A stretch of DNA of 64,000 bases, taken from NCBI GenBank assembly GCA_965240325.2, contig OZ251225.1, forward strand, positions 2,604,001 to 2,668,000. The letters run 5' to 3'. This stretch comes from Rebecca billardiae RCC1528. Its lineage: Eukaryota; Protista; Haptophyta. Positions within the stretch are counted from its first letter, which is position 1. Each line of letters opens with the position of its first letter. Shown piece after piece: positions 48,934 through 59,931 of the stretch. The notes beneath the pieces are model-generated. The model made no database searches. It had not been told where the DNA came from and saw only the letters and a program-made list of their open reading frames with translations. The translations under genes were made by a program, and so were the position numbers.

Positions 48934-51900
48934 TCACCGCTGCCACCGCATGTGCACCACACCGCCGACGCGGCCTTCCGCATCGGGCGGCTTGAAGTGG
49001 TAGACGCCGCGCACGAGGCGCGCATCCGCCGGGCTGTCCACCTTGAGCCCGGCCCCCGGGAGGTGCGCGCCCTCCTTGGCGACACGCAGGGCGTACGTGG
49101 TGAACGGCGCGCCGCCGCCCGCGGCCCGTGCCTCGGCGATCGGCGGCTCGAGCTCGACGCGCAGCCAGCGCGCGCGCAGGTCGAACGCGACCGCGCGGAT
49201 CCGTCCGGCCATCGCCTCGAGCTGCAGCCCGAGCGGCTGCACGTACACGCGCCGGCGCACGGAGTCTCGCGGCTCGGCGCGCACGACGGCGCTCGTCCGA
49301 TTCGGCGGCGCGATGTCGCAAAAGTAGCAGAGCCAGCCCGCGGTGGAGTGGCGCACGACGAACGCGCCCGCCTGCAGCGCGTGCCCAAAGAAGCCCAGCC
49401 CAAAGTCGCCCGAGTGCGGGTCGTGGTCGAGCACGAACGGCGAGGCGTGGAACATGAGCGACGGCGCGCCCCGCTCGTCGATGCTCGCGAGCGCGCCGCC
49501 GAGCGCGCCCGCCGCAATCTCGAGCAGCACGAGATTGGCCTCGTCCGGGGCGGCGCGGTACGCCTCGACGCACGGGATCATGTTCAGCCCCGCGCGGTAG
49601 TGCATCAGCCCGCGCTCGGTGCCGCGCGTGACGAACACCTTGCCGTTGTTCCCCAGGTCGCCGAGCGAGCGCGCGCCGCCGTGGTACGCCCACGTCGCGC
49701 TCGAGCGCATGAAGCTCAGGACTGCGTCCAGCGTGCGCGCCGCCGCCGCGTCGTGGCCGTAGTGCCGGAGCCAAACGTAGACCTCCTCCTGGCCTGTGGT
49801 GTCGAAGTTGAACTCCGAGCCGTACGGGAAGGCCAGCGTCGACCAGTGCTCGGCGCGGTGGCGCATGTTCCCGTCGAGCTCCTCCGCCCACGCCGCGATC
49901 GTCGCGTTCGCGCCGCCCTCGGCGCGCAGCGCGACGAGCAGCTCGCGAAAGACGGTCCCAACCATCAGGCCGACGCTCGGCCGGTGCACGCGGCGCGCGG
50001 TGAGGAACGCGTGCTCGAGGTACCACGCCCAGCCGTGCGCCGTGCGCACGCGGTCGTAGTACCGCGCCACCCGGTACAGCGCCCAGTACACCGCCGTCTG
50101 GTGCGGGTAGTTGAACGCGCGGTACGTAGCATTGGCCAGCTTCTCAGTCTGTGCGCGCGCGCGCGCGCGAGCGCGAGCGCGCAGGCGAGAGCGCGTGCGA
50201 GCGAGCGAGGTTGTGCGCAGCCGCGGAGGCGTGCGCGCGCGCGGGTTCGCGTGGCACCAGCGAGCGTGCGTGGCGTGAGGGCGCTCGAGCGCGGAGGCCG
50301 CGCGGGCTCGGGCGCGCACCATGCACCACACGGGCCCGCGGAGCGGCACCCGGCACTTGTTCTCCTCCGTGTAATCGTGCGGCCAGTGCGTCTGGTTGTA
50401 GTAGAAGAGAGTCATCCGGACTGCGTGGGTGTCCGGGTCCTGGAGGGATCGGAGCGGCGGGCGGGCGGTGTCGGGCTTGGTGCCGAGCAGCGTGCTGTCC
50501 ACGTACTCGTCGAGCCGCGCCACCTCCGACGCGACGGGCGCCACCGCCACCTTCATCGCCAGCCCGAGGTTCTGCGCCGCCCCCGCGTCGTCGCTCAGTC
50601 CGACGTTGTACGCCCGCGCGTCCTCGAGCACCCAGCGCTGCGCCTCGCGGTCGAACGGCATGACGGAGGCGCTGCGGCCGAACGGGTCCGGGTACGAGCG
50701 CGGCAGCCACGCGGTGTGCGCCCAGTGCGCGCCGAGCGCGTCGAGCTGCTCGGTGGACGGCGGCAGCACGCGGTAGTGCACGGCAAGCTCTGTGCCGTCC
50801 TCAAAGCGAACCGACACACGCGCGGCGCCGCGCGCGAGGCCGCGCACGGCGAGCCGCTGAGCGGCCGCGCCGACGCCGGGCGGCGCGGCGTGTGGCTCGC
50901 CGCCGAGCGCGACGGAGAGCACGCCGCCGGGTGCCACGTCGACCGCGACGATCGCCGAGCCCGGCGGCGGCCGCACGAACAGCGCGGCCGAGCGCATGTC
51001 CGTGCCAATCACGAATCCGGGCACGGCGTGCACCACGGGCTGGGCGAGCGCGGCCAGCGCTGCGTCGCGCGCGAGCCGTCGCGGCGCGGGCGGGCCAGGA
51101 GGCGGCTCGGCGGCGGCGGCGGCGGGTGGCGGCGTGGGCGGCGTGCTCCCCGGCGCGTCCGGCACGAGCATCAGCCGCAGCGCGAACGACGCCGCCTCGC
51201 CCGGCTGCAGCACAGCGGAGGTCGGCGGGTTCCAAGGCTTGGGCGGCGCGGCCGACAGGTACGTCTGCGCGCGGTGCAGCTCGGGCCATGGCGACCTTGG
51301 GTGGGGCCACACGCCGGTGCGCGCGAGGTTCTCCGCGAGCTCGAGCGCCGGCGCCTGCCGGTTCGTCGCCCACTCCGCCGCCCACGCCTCCGAGAGCACC
51401 GTCCACTCGCTGATCTGCGAGTTGTAAGCGCAGTCCTCGAGCAATGGCCGCCAGGCCTCGAGCCGCGTGGCGGCTGTGTGCGCGACCGCGAGCATCGACG
51501 CGTTGCCCACGGCGCGGATCCACTCGGCGTACCCGCGGTGCGAGCCGATGTGCGGGTCGACGAACGACACCGTCGGCGCGATCTGCTCCAGCTTCATCCC
51601 GCCCCAGTTGTCGTCCGCCGGCAGCGCGAAGCCAAGGCCGCCGATTCGCACGCCGGCGCGCGCGTCCGATGGCACAGACAGGTTGAGCCGCAGGACGAGG
51701 GCGCCGTCTCCCGGCCCGCCGTCGGGCGCGGCGCGCTCCCACGAGCGCACGGCGCGCAGCCCGAGCGCGAAGTCCGCGCGCCCGCGCAGCGGCGCGCGCA
51801 GGCATTCCGAGACGACGCGCTGCCGGCCGCGCATGCCGGCGCCGCCCGCGCCGCGCGCGCTCGGGTCCCTGTCATGCAGAGTGGCGCTCAGCGAGCCGTG

Positions 51901-52620
51901 CGGGCACTCGCCCGGGAAGGAGGGGTGCTCGTACTCGAGGAGTGGCGTCACGTCGTGAGCGGCGAGCACGCCCGGCGGGAGCGGCCCCGCCACGGGCGGC
52001 GCGTCCACCTCCGCCCCCGCGAGAGCGGTCGAGAACGTCGCCCACGCCGCGCGGTCGCGTTCTGCGACCGGCTGCACACGCAGCGTCACGTCACCGAGGT
52101 GATGGCAGCCCGGGTGGGAGCGCGTGGGCCGCTTGTAGCCCGAGAGCGGCGGGACCCACGAGAAGTTGTGCGGCGGCATCGGATCGGTCTCCAGCCGCAG
52201 CTGCTGCGCGGTGTGCGAGTGCAGCCGCAGCGCAAGGAGCAAACCACCGACGCTGAAGTTCCGATCGGCGACCTCGGGCGGGACGGGCTTGAGGTGCGCG
52301 CGCCACGTGCCATCCGCGTTGGCGTGGCGCGTGGCCTTGAAGTGGACGCGCAGGGACGCGTTCGTCCGCGCGCTCGCAGGCCCGACACGCGGCGGCAGCT
52401 TGTACGTGAAGCCCAGGCATCGTGGCATCACGTCGCACGCGCGCGCCGCGTCGCGTGCGTCGTCAAAGGTGCCCGTCGAAAGGTCTGCGCCGAGGCGCAG
52501 AGCGCCATGGAGCAGGAAATAATCGGCACCGCTCGAGGTCGCGCGTGCGGGCGTGGTGCTCACGGCCACTGCGAACGCCACCAGCGCCGCGTAGCGTCCG
52601 CCCGTCCGTCCACGAGCCAT
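48934..52620 (-). CDS. Secreted DUF5695-family protein (putative glycoside hydrolase); exons 52620-50320, 50148-48934
   Basis: Signal peptide. HHLGDVTLR, DPHIG..GY, DPFGRSASVM, GLSDDAGA, RAFNYPH, YGSEFNFDTTGQE, HYRAGLN and DPHSGDFGLGFFGH match DUF5695 as remembered. One in-frame 171-nt GT-AG intron. Confidence 0.8.
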   Translation of the reverse strand: MARGRTGGRYAALVAFAVAVSTTPARATSSGADYFLLHGALRLGADLSTGTFDDARDAARACDVMPRCLGFTYKLPPRVGPASARTNASLRVHFKATRHANADGTWRAHLKPVPPEVADRNFSVGGLLLALRLHSHTAQQLRLETDPMPPHNFSWVPPLSGYKRPTRSHPGCHHLGDVTLRVQPVAERDRAAWATFSTALAGAEVDAPPVAGPLPPGVLAAHDVTPLLEYEHPSFPGECPHGSLSATLHDRDPSARGAGGAGMRGRQRVVSECLRAPLRGRADFALGLRAVRSWERAAPDGGPGDGALVLRLNLSVPSDARAGVRIGGLGFALPADDNWGGMKLEQIAPTVSFVDPHIGSHRGYAEWIRAVGNASMLAVAHTAATRLEAWRPLLEDCAYNSQISEWTVLSEAWAAEWATNRQAPALELAENLARTGVWPHPRSPWPELHRAQTYLSAAPPKPWNPPTSAVLQPGEAASFALRLMLVPDAPGSTPPTPPPAAAAAEPPPGPPAPRRLARDAALAALAQPVVHAVPGFVIGTDMRSAALFVRPPPGSAIVAVDVAPGGVLSVALGGEPHAAPPGVGAAAQRLAVRGLARGAARVSVRFEDGTELAVHYRVLPPSTEQLDALGAHWAHTAWLPRSYPDPFGRSASVMPFDREAQRWVLEDARAYNVGLSDDAGAAQNLGLAMKVAVAPVASEVARLDEYVDSTLLGTKPDTARPPLRSLQDPDTHAVRMTLFYYNQTHWPHDYTEENKCRVPLRGPVWCMVRARARAASALERPHATHARWCHANPRARTPPRLRTTSLARTRSRLRARARARARAQTEKLANATYRAFNYPHQTAVYWALYRVARYYDRVRTAHGWAWYLEHAFLTARRVHRPSVGLMVGTVFRELLVALRAEGGANATIAAWAEELDGNMRHRAEHWSTLAFPYGSEFNFDTTGQEEVYVWLRHYGHDAAAARTLDAVLSFMRSSATWAYHGGARSLGDLGNNGKVFVTRGTERGLMHYRAGLNMIPCVEAYRAAPDEANLVLLEIAAGALGGALASIDERGAPSLMFHASPFVLDHDPHSGDFGLGFFGHALQAGAFVVRHSTAGWLCYFCDIAPPNRTSAVVRAEPRDSVRRRVYVQPLGLQLEAMAGRIRAVAFDLRARWLRVELEPPIAEARAAGGGAPFTTYALRVAKEGAHLPGAGLKVDSPADARLVRGVYHFKPPDAEGRVGGVVHMRWQR

Positions 52621-52767
52621 GGCGGCGATGATGGGCTGGACTTTTGCCGAGAAGGTTCTCTGTTTGGTCGATCACGGCTGTCCTGAGAACGACGCCGATC
52701 GCCGACTCGCCGAGAGTGGCCGACGACGCGCGCACGGACTGCGCGGGGCCCGCCGACGCAGCACGGC

Positions 52768-53385
52768 ATGTCGCGAGCGAGAGTCGCCGGCTCGCTGATC
52801 GTTGTGAGTGCCGCATGCACGGCCGCTGTGGCCTACGTGCTGCGGCGTAGACGAGCACAGGCCAAGAGGCAAGCACGCGCTGCCCTCGTGGTGGTCGGCC
52901 GAGAAGACCAGTTCACGCGCATCGATGGCTCCCCGCTCGAAATGCTCGTTGCGAGCGCGGGCAGCAGCATGGAGTGGGCTGGGGAGGATGTCATGATCGT
53001 GAGACGCAGAACGGATGGGCACGTCTGGGCGATGGCTGACCTCTGCCCCCACGCGGGCTACCCCCTGCACGAGGGCGACATTGAGGATGTCCCTGAGGCG
53101 CTGGGCGGGCGTCAGCTCGGCGCTCCGGTCGTGAGCTGCCCGGCGCACGCCTACCTGTTCGACATGCAGCGTGGCACGTGCCTCTCGGAACGCCGGTGCC
53201 CGGCATCCCCCGTGTACGACGTGCTCATCGAATCGGGCCAGGTCCTCCTCGCACGCGCGCCGCGCGGCGGGCCTGACGTTGGCGCGCAGGTGCTCTCCGT
53301 GCAGGAGGCAAACCAGCTGCAGTTGCACCTCGTCGATGTCGCGCTCACGCGCAAGTACGGCCCGGCGCAGCCTGCAACGCGCTGA
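52768..53385 (+). CDS. Rieske [2Fe-2S] ferredoxin-like protein with an N-terminal membrane anchor
   Basis: CPHAG and CPAH ligand boxes, FD..G.C. Hydrophobic N-terminus followed by RRRR. Confidence 0.88.
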   Translation: MSRARVAGSLIVVSAACTAAVAYVLRRRRAQAKRQARAALVVVGREDQFTRIDGSPLEMLVASAGSSMEWAGEDVMIVRRRTDGHVWAMADLCPHAGYPLHEGDIEDVPEALGGRQLGAPVVSCPAHAYLFDMQRGTCLSERRCPASPVYDVLIESGQVLLARAPRGGPDVGAQVLSVQEANQLQLHLVDVALTRKYGPAQPATR

Positions 53386-54041
53386 GCACACCGCGCGCGC
53401 ATCCGAGCTGCACGCTGTGCCGACGCCAGCCGCCTCGGCGAACGTGCCGTGCGCACCTGATGTGAGTATTGTAAGTGCCATGCCGGCTTGCCGCGTGCAC
53501 CGCGTGGCGCGTGGCAGCGCGTCCGCCGCGTCGCAGATTCGCAGCGTAGTATCCGCCAGCAGTCTCACTTTCTCAGACCGTCGGCTAGCTGTGACGAGCT
53601 GCAATTCGTCGCGGGGACTACATGGTTTACAGCTGAGTCGTCAGGTGGGCCGTGGGCCCCCCGAGTCGTCCGTGCTGCAGCCGTATGTACGCAGAAAAAA
53701 GACGCGAAACCTGACGCGCAGTTCGCCGCTGGCATCCCGCTGCCGCGGCTGCCGGCAGGCGGGGCCGGCCGCCTGGCCGGGCACTGCCGCACGCGGCCCC
53801 GCGGCGGCCGAGGCCAGGGCTCCACAGTAGCCAGCTGGCTGCATTAGGACAGGCGCAGGGTGCCCACAGGCGCAGTGACCGCCATATATCCACACAGCGA
53901 TGACCCGGAACACGGGCTCAATCACAGCGGCGCCGCCTCACCATGATTTCGACCTGCGGGCCGCCGTCACACCATGCTGCCGCCCGTGACTCGTGAGTCA
54001 ATTGCTCGCTCGTCCAAGGTGCACGCAGTAGGTCGGACGCC

Positions 54042-54518
54042 TCAGTCGGCGTGCTGACGGCCGCTGTCGTAAGCGGGGCGCGACGAGAGCTGCATACGGA
54101 GCGGGTTGAAAGCGTTGGCGCCCGTGGCCCGCATGCCCCCGAACAGGAGGGCAGCGTTGCTCGGCGGTGGGGCCATCGTCGCCGGCTCGATGCCCTCATC
54201 GCATCGGATGATCATCCCGCATGCGAGGAAGAGGCCGAAGCCAAAGCCAGCCTGGACGACCGAGATGGGGATGTAGAGGATGTGCTTATAGGCGATTGCT
54301 GCGTAGGTGCCGTACAGGAAGCCGAACGATCCGCCCAGAGCGCCGCCGAGCATGGCGCCAGTCTTGATGCGCTGGAAGCAAGCGTTGATCCGGTTCGAGG
54401 ACTCGGAAGGGAGCTGCCACTGCTGGGAGGGCTGGTCCACCTTCGCACTATCTGGAAGGTACTTGCTGAAATCCTCCGCCGCATACTTGTCGTCCTCGCT
54501 TCCCTGCTTCTTCTCCAT
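54042..54518 (-). CDS. ROMO1/Mgr2-like mitochondrial inner-membrane protein
   Basis: CFQRIKTGAMLGGALGGSFGFLYG ... GFGFGLFLACGMIIRC matches the Romo1 pattern. Confidence 0.85.
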   Translation of the reverse strand: MEKKQGSEDDKYAAEDFSKYLPDSAKVDQPSQQWQLPSESSNRINACFQRIKTGAMLGGALGGSFGFLYGTYAAIAYKHILYIPISVVQAGFGFGLFLACGMIIRCDEGIEPATMAPPPSNAALLFGGMRATGANAFNPLRMQLSSRPAYDSGRQHAD

Positions 54519-54707
54519 GGTGCCGGCGGTCCCTCAGCGCGCCGCGGGGAGCGATCACGGGCAGCCACGCTTCCACGGCCCACCTGCACAGCAACTTTCC
54601 GGGTGGCTCTTGCGGCACCCCCGCCCGCGCGGGCGCTGCAGCTGCAGCACTACCTCCACTGATCGAATCCGGTGGTCCTTGATGATGAACGAGTCCTACT
54701 GATCGTG

Positions 54708-55793
54708 ATGGCGGCGGCAGCAATGCGCTCCGTGCTTCCCACCACCATGAAAGTTGGGGTGGACGGGAAGGAGAGAGCGTTCGTCATCGGCGAGAGAGCC
54801 GCGCGCAAAGTTTCTGTCGTCGGGTTCATCGCCTGCGTGCTCGCCGTCCTGGGTATCGGCGCGATCCTCGCGGCGCTGCGCTCAACGATGCAGGCTATGT
54901 CCACTCAACGGCACAGGCAGCACCAAGCACACGCGCAGACGGCTCGTTTCGGCCTGAGCATGCAGCGGCTGCTCGAGAGGCAACGAGAGTACGCCACGTC
55001 AATGGATGCCTTCCTGCGTGAGCACCAGGTGCGAGTTGAGACCATGTCGGCCTCAATCGCGACCGCGCACGACCTAGCAGCCGCACGGCTGCTGGCATCT
55101 GACTTTGCCTCACTAGACCGCCAGGCCCTGCTCATCGCGCACGAGCGCCTCACCTCGGCCCGCGCTGAGCTGGAGGAAGGGCTTCGCGAGCTCTCTAAAA
55201 CAGTCCTCTCTGCCCTTGGCGGCGCTGATTCGCATGTTGGTGACCCCAAAGAGCAGACCAGCACGCCGACTGAGGAGTTTGACGAGGACGATGACGATGC
55301 TGAGCTCGAGCCCGCCATCGAGAAGCTGCACGCGCGTGTGCAGGCTGGTGATTTCACCTGGCACATGCAGCCCGACGTCGAGGCGGCGTGGGATCGCGTG
55401 CAGCGCGAGCTCGTTAGCGGCAGGATGACGCTCCGTGCCGCCGATCTCGAGCAGCTGATCGCTGACGCGGGCCACCCGCCGTTTGCGAGAAGAGTCGGGA
55501 TGGCAGCCGATGCCGCAGATGTGTTTGCGTACTTTAGGCACCTGTACCACGCGGGTAAGCTCCACGCGCGCAAGCAGGAGCTGCTTGACGAGCTCGACGA
55601 ATGGCGCACCGACGAAGCGAGCGTGTGGGGCGTCCTGGAGGTCGTCCAGAGACTTCGCAACGACGGAGCCTTTGACCTCAATTGGCTTTCGCTTGACGCG
55701 ATCTCTGCGGATGCGTCGCATCCGCTCAGGGCGCACGTGCACAGGCGGGTTACAACCGGTGGCGATGGAGCCAACGGCGGGCCGCCCTCTTGA
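54708..55793 (+). CDS. Single-pass membrane protein with a coiled-coil/helical domain, unknown function
   Basis: Long ORF with TM VVGFIACVLAVLGIGAILAAL, helical segments and an acidic patch. Start is uncertain (54708, 54723 or 54747). Confidence 0.65.
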   Translation: MAAAAMRSVLPTTMKVGVDGKERAFVIGERAARKVSVVGFIACVLAVLGIGAILAALRSTMQAMSTQRHRQHQAHAQTARFGLSMQRLLERQREYATSMDAFLREHQVRVETMSASIATAHDLAAARLLASDFASLDRQALLIAHERLTSARAELEEGLRELSKTVLSALGGADSHVGDPKEQTSTPTEEFDEDDDDAELEPAIEKLHARVQAGDFTWHMQPDVEAAWDRVQRELVSGRMTLRAADLEQLIADAGHPPFARRVGMAADAADVFAYFRHLYHAGKLHARKQELLDELDEWRTDEASVWGVLEVVQRLRNDGAFDLNWLSLDAISADASHPLRAHVHRRVTTGGDGANGGPPS

Positions 55794-56258
55794 AGACCTG
55801 ATCGCGAGACGGCGACCCAGCTTTTGCGGTACATTGGCGGCGGCGCGGCCCGAGTGCCCGTCTGAAACACTGCCGCGCGGCCCACATGCCCGACCGCAGT
55901 CGGCAGGTACCGCGGCAGTCGCAGGCGGTACCGCGGAACCTGGAATCGGATAAGCTAGTAGAGTCACGCGTGACGCGTCGCAGGTCGCCGGTAGCCTCGG
56001 TGAGGCTTCATGACTCACTGAGTGAGTCGGTCCGGTCCCGTATAAAGTGTTGGCTGCATGATGGCCTAGCTCACGGAGCGTCAGCACCGAGGCTGCGCAC
56101 GTTATTCATAGAGATGGCGGCATGGCGATGGCGGCATCGCTCGATCGCGACGGGCGACGGCGAGGAGGAGACCAGTGGCCATACCATCGGGTGTCGCTTC
56201 GTCCACTCGTCGTACCATCGCGGCCAAATCGGGGTCCACTCGGATAGTTGGATCATCA

Positions 56259-56819
56259 TCACACAATGTAGTTCTCGAAATTGAAGTCGTTGTCATCGGC
56301 AGGTACTGTCGCGTCATAGGCGGGGACGTAGGCCGTCGGCGAGCGTGTGACCTCAGCAGCCTTGCTGTTGGTTGGAGTGCGATCAGCCCCACCGGCCACC
56401 TCGAAGATGGCGCACAGGCGTGAGGGCTTGAAGCACTTGGCGCGGAACATGTACACTGGCGGCACATTCACGACGACGTGATCCGCAGAGTCGAGGTACG
56501 TCTCGAGATCACGAGGCATCCCTCGGGGAGTGTCGTCGGTGTACGCCTTCGGCTCGAAGAGGATACCGCTGTAGCTCGCCTTCATCGCGCCCGACAGGCG
56601 CACCACCTCGCCCGTCATCTCATCTGACGAGAGCAACGTCGCCAGTTCCGCCTTTACGTCCTGCGCCACCTCAGCGACAGTGCCGTCCCCGCAGCCACAG
56701 TCAGCACGCGGACCCGGACGTGCGCTCGCTCGGGTGAGACTGACACGGCTGGTACTGAGCCGGCTGGTGGGAGCGTATCCCACCGCGAACCCCACCAGGA
56801 CCATCGTCAGCGCGCTCAT
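56259..56819 (-). CDS. Probable plastid-targeted protein of unknown function
   Basis: Signal peptide MSALTMVLVGFAVG, then YAP and an S/T/R-rich transit-like segment, then a globular domain (VVVNVPPVYMFRAKCFKPSRLCAIFE). Confidence 0.7.
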   Translation of the reverse strand: MSALTMVLVGFAVGYAPTSRLSTSRVSLTRASARPGPRADCGCGDGTVAEVAQDVKAELATLLSSDEMTGEVVRLSGAMKASYSGILFEPKAYTDDTPRGMPRDLETYLDSADHVVVNVPPVYMFRAKCFKPSRLCAIFEVAGGADRTPTNSKAAEVTRSPTAYVPAYDATVPADDNDFNFENYIV

Positions 56820-57440
56820 GACGGCGGGTCGCGGGGTCAAGGGTCGCTCGGCGGCCGAGGCGTCGGAGGGACGGCAAGCACGTCGTTCAGAAGTAATTTG
56901 ACGCAACCTGGTCAGCTAGAGCGGGGTTGATGAGCGGCTAATTGAACTATTTCGTAGTAATTGCAGATAGAGGTGAACCACTGATCATCACCGCAAGCTT
57001 GTGCTCCGTTAGGGAACGAATGTCGAAATAAAAACACCAACGAACCCCTGAAGTAAAATCTCCGCCACGATGGCTGAGCGCGGATGGGGCGGGGATGCCA
57101 CAAATCTTCATCTTGGACTTGTGGCGGGGTAGCAGTCAGTGTTGCGTGGTCGGCAGCCCATAGCCCGTAGGCCAAAGCCACGTTCAAAACCGACGCCTGC
57201 ATGTAGGACAGGCACGTCCCGACGTGCTCCTACACAGAGCCCGTGCACGTGAGACATTCGGGGCCCGCGGGACCGGCGGGAAAGCGAGCGGGTGCATTTT
57301 GAGCGTCTGGTGCTTTCACAGAGCCGCAAACCATACCCCTGAGCAGACGCGGCGCAGGGTCACGTGTCGCAGCTGCTGCGACATCTTGAAGGTAGGATGA
57401 CCTCCCCGCGCCAGGCATCATCCGCTAGACCCTCTGCGCA

Positions 57441-57644
57441 TCACTTGGGGTGAGCGAGTGGCGCATCGCCGCCTGAGGCGCGCTGCCCTCGAGTATCTGC
57501 CACCAGCCGTCGGAGCTCGTCCTGGACGCGTTGAAGCTGGAAGTACGCATCGCCCGCGAGCCGAGTTTCTTCCTTCGTGAACCGCGTCAGCTGTTTGAGC
57601 GCCTCTGCTGTGGAGCACGGCTCGCGGGACTCAACTCGCAGCAT
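57441..57644 (-). CDS. Possible 67-aa helical microprotein
   Basis: ATG ORF with an amphipathic helix (DAYFQLQRVQDELRRL), lying 167 bp head-to-head with MFAP1 like the other gene pairs. Confidence 0.35.
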   Translation of the reverse strand: MLRVESREPCSTAEALKQLTRFTKEETRLAGDAYFQLQRVQDELRRLVADTRGQRASGGDAPLAHPK

Positions 57645-57811
57645 GGCGACGTGACGCTCTCACGTCCGCGCTAGGCGGTAGCGTTCGGCATCGCGCGGCC
57701 GACTGCGACCCCGGACTTTGTCACAGGACTTTTGGAACTTGTCCAAGCCGGACACCAGCACCAACAAGGCAGCAGAAGACGAAGGCTGCCCCGCCATCGT
57801 TGACTACCGCG

Positions 57812-59260
57812 ATGAGTGGCGCGCGCACGGTCGCAGAGCGCGGGCAGCACGCCTCCTTGACGGGCACGGGGCGCTCCGAGGTCCACGAGCCAGGTATCGA
57901 GGTCGTGCCCGTCAAGCGCTACCGCCCGGGCAAGGCGCCCGACTGGCTGCGGGAGCAGGAGGGTCTGTCTGCGGCCGGATCCAACCTTCAGCTGCCTGCA
58001 CCGCCGCACAAGCCGGCGGAGGACAGCAGGCCGCGCGTGCGGCACGAGGCGCAGATCGTGGCGACCTCCCGTCCTGACGCGTCGGCGAAGCGGCCGTCGC
58101 GGGACGACGAGGAGGACGATGACGACGAGGAGGAAGACGAGATTGAAGCCAGACGGGCACGCGCGCGTGCCAAGATGCGCCAGCAAGAGGCTGCGGCCTC
58201 GGCTGCCGCCGGTGGCGCCGGCCCGGCGGGCGCGGCGGCCGCCGATGACGGCGTCGGGGAGGAGGAGGAGGAGTCCGAGTACGAGACCGACTCGGGCGAG
58301 GACGACGACGACGACGACGACGACGACACCGGCGGCGGCGGCGGGCGCGTGCTGCTCAAGCCTGTGTTTGTGAGCAAGACGGCGCGTGCGACCGTGCGCG
58401 AGCGCGAGCTCGAGGAGGCGGCGGCGGAGGAGGAGGAGAAGCGGAAGATCGAGCGGCTCGCGGAGCGTCGGAAGGAGACCCTCGACCTCGTCGTGCAGAC
58501 CGTCCGCCTCGAGGACGAGGCCGAGTCGGCGAAGCTCGAGCTCGACCCCGCGCTGCCGGACGACGACGACGAGGCGGACGAGCTCGAGGAGTACGAGGCC
58601 TGGAAGGTGCGCGAGCTGCGGCGGGTGAAGGCGGAGCGCGACCGGCGGGTGGCGGCGGAGAACGAGCGGCGCGAGCTCGAGCGCCGGCGCAACCTCACCG
58701 AGGAGGAGCGCGCGCGCGAGGACGCCGAGCGGCTCGCGGCGCAGCACGACAAAAAGGACGGCGCTGTCGAGCGGCGCTTCTTGCAAAAGTATTATCACAA
58801 GGGGGCCTTCTACCAGGGCGACGACGAGAAGGGGGACCCGCTGCTCGGCGACGTGATGCGGCGCGACTTTGGCGAGGTGCGTGCGAGGCGCCGCGCGCGC
58901 GCGCGCGCGCGCGCAGCCCCGGAGCCAGCCCCACCGAGCCCACCGCGCACCCATCTCACACTGGTCGCCGCGCGGCGCGCGCCTTTGTCCCCGCGCGCGC
59001 TCCAGGCGACGGGGAACGACAGGATTGGCAACAAGGCGAGCTTGCCCGCTGTCATGCAGGTCAAGAAGTTTGGCTTCAGGAGCCAGGTGAAGTGGACGCA
59101 TCTGTCCGCAGAGGACACCACCGAGAAGGAGGCCATCTTCGCCGCGCGCGATCGCCAGCCCGGCGCCTACGTACCTGGGCCGCCACGTGCCGGGCTCGCT
59201 GGCAGGCGGACTGGTGGCGACGACTTCTCGCGCCCGTCAGGCAAGCGCGCGCGCAGATGA
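57812..59260 (+). CDS. MFAP1: Microfibrillar-associated protein 1 (spliceosomal B-complex factor); exons 57812-58876, 59006-59260
   Basis: KRYRPGKAPDW, LLKPVFVSK, EYEAWKVRELRR, FLQKYYHKGAFY and LPAVMQVKKFG..KWTHL..EDTT. One in-frame 129-nt GT-AG intron. Confidence 0.95.
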   Translation: MSGARTVAERGQHASLTGTGRSEVHEPGIEVVPVKRYRPGKAPDWLREQEGLSAAGSNLQLPAPPHKPAEDSRPRVRHEAQIVATSRPDASAKRPSRDDEEDDDDEEEDEIEARRARARAKMRQQEAAASAAAGGAGPAGAAAADDGVGEEEEESEYETDSGEDDDDDDDDDTGGGGGRVLLKPVFVSKTARATVRERELEEAAAEEEEKRKIERLAERRKETLDLVVQTVRLEDEAESAKLELDPALPDDDDEADELEEYEAWKVRELRRVKAERDRRVAAENERRELERRRNLTEEERAREDAERLAAQHDKKDGAVERRFLQKYYHKGAFYQGDDEKGDPLLGDVMRRDFGEVRARRRARARARAAPEPAPPSPPRTHLTLVAARRAPLSPRALQATGNDRIGNKASLPAVMQVKKFGFRSQVKWTHLSAEDTTEKEAIFAARDRQPGAYVPGPPRAGLAGRRTGGDDFSRPSGKRARR

Positions 59261-59931
59261 CGCGTGGGACCCGTGACCTGTAGTCTTAGCAGTGTCAGTC
59301 GTCGTGGGAGGAGCGACAAAACATCAGAGTCTCGTCATTCAGAGTCGTTTATAATCAGGACTACTACTGATGCATCACTGTATAGTCATAATAGTGGCAG
59401 GTTGCTAAACCGTAAACTTGGCGGTAAACGAGAATCACGAGAGAGTCGTACTATGTCGCTATATATATATATAGCACAGTGATAGTATTCTTACTTATAC
59501 TCCCCGCCCATGACGACGATGCCGGAGTGCTGATGATTCTGACGATGATCGATCTAATATATCGCAGCTGTGAGTGACCTGACCGCACCCGTGGAGACAC
59601 GGTCACGGTTCGCCGGGCCCCGCCCCCGGGCCGTCAGCCGGGCCCGGGCCCGGGCCGCCAGGGGCAGGACCGGCCGGGCCGGGCCGAGCCGCGGACGCAT
59701 CGTGCAGGCTCCGCCGTCAGGCGGACCCGCGGACGTGTCGCAGCCGCCGTCAGGCAGACAGCCACAAGTCCCTCACAGTGGCTGGGGCACGCCACACAGT
59801 GACACCGACGGTGAGGTTCCTGCAGTGCCCGTGTCGACCGGCAGGCGAGGGCTCCGCCAGGCGGCAATAAGCCGACCACGTCCGGGCCGGATGGCCCGGC
59901 AGGAGCGCTGGCTCGTCTGTCCAGCTCATGG

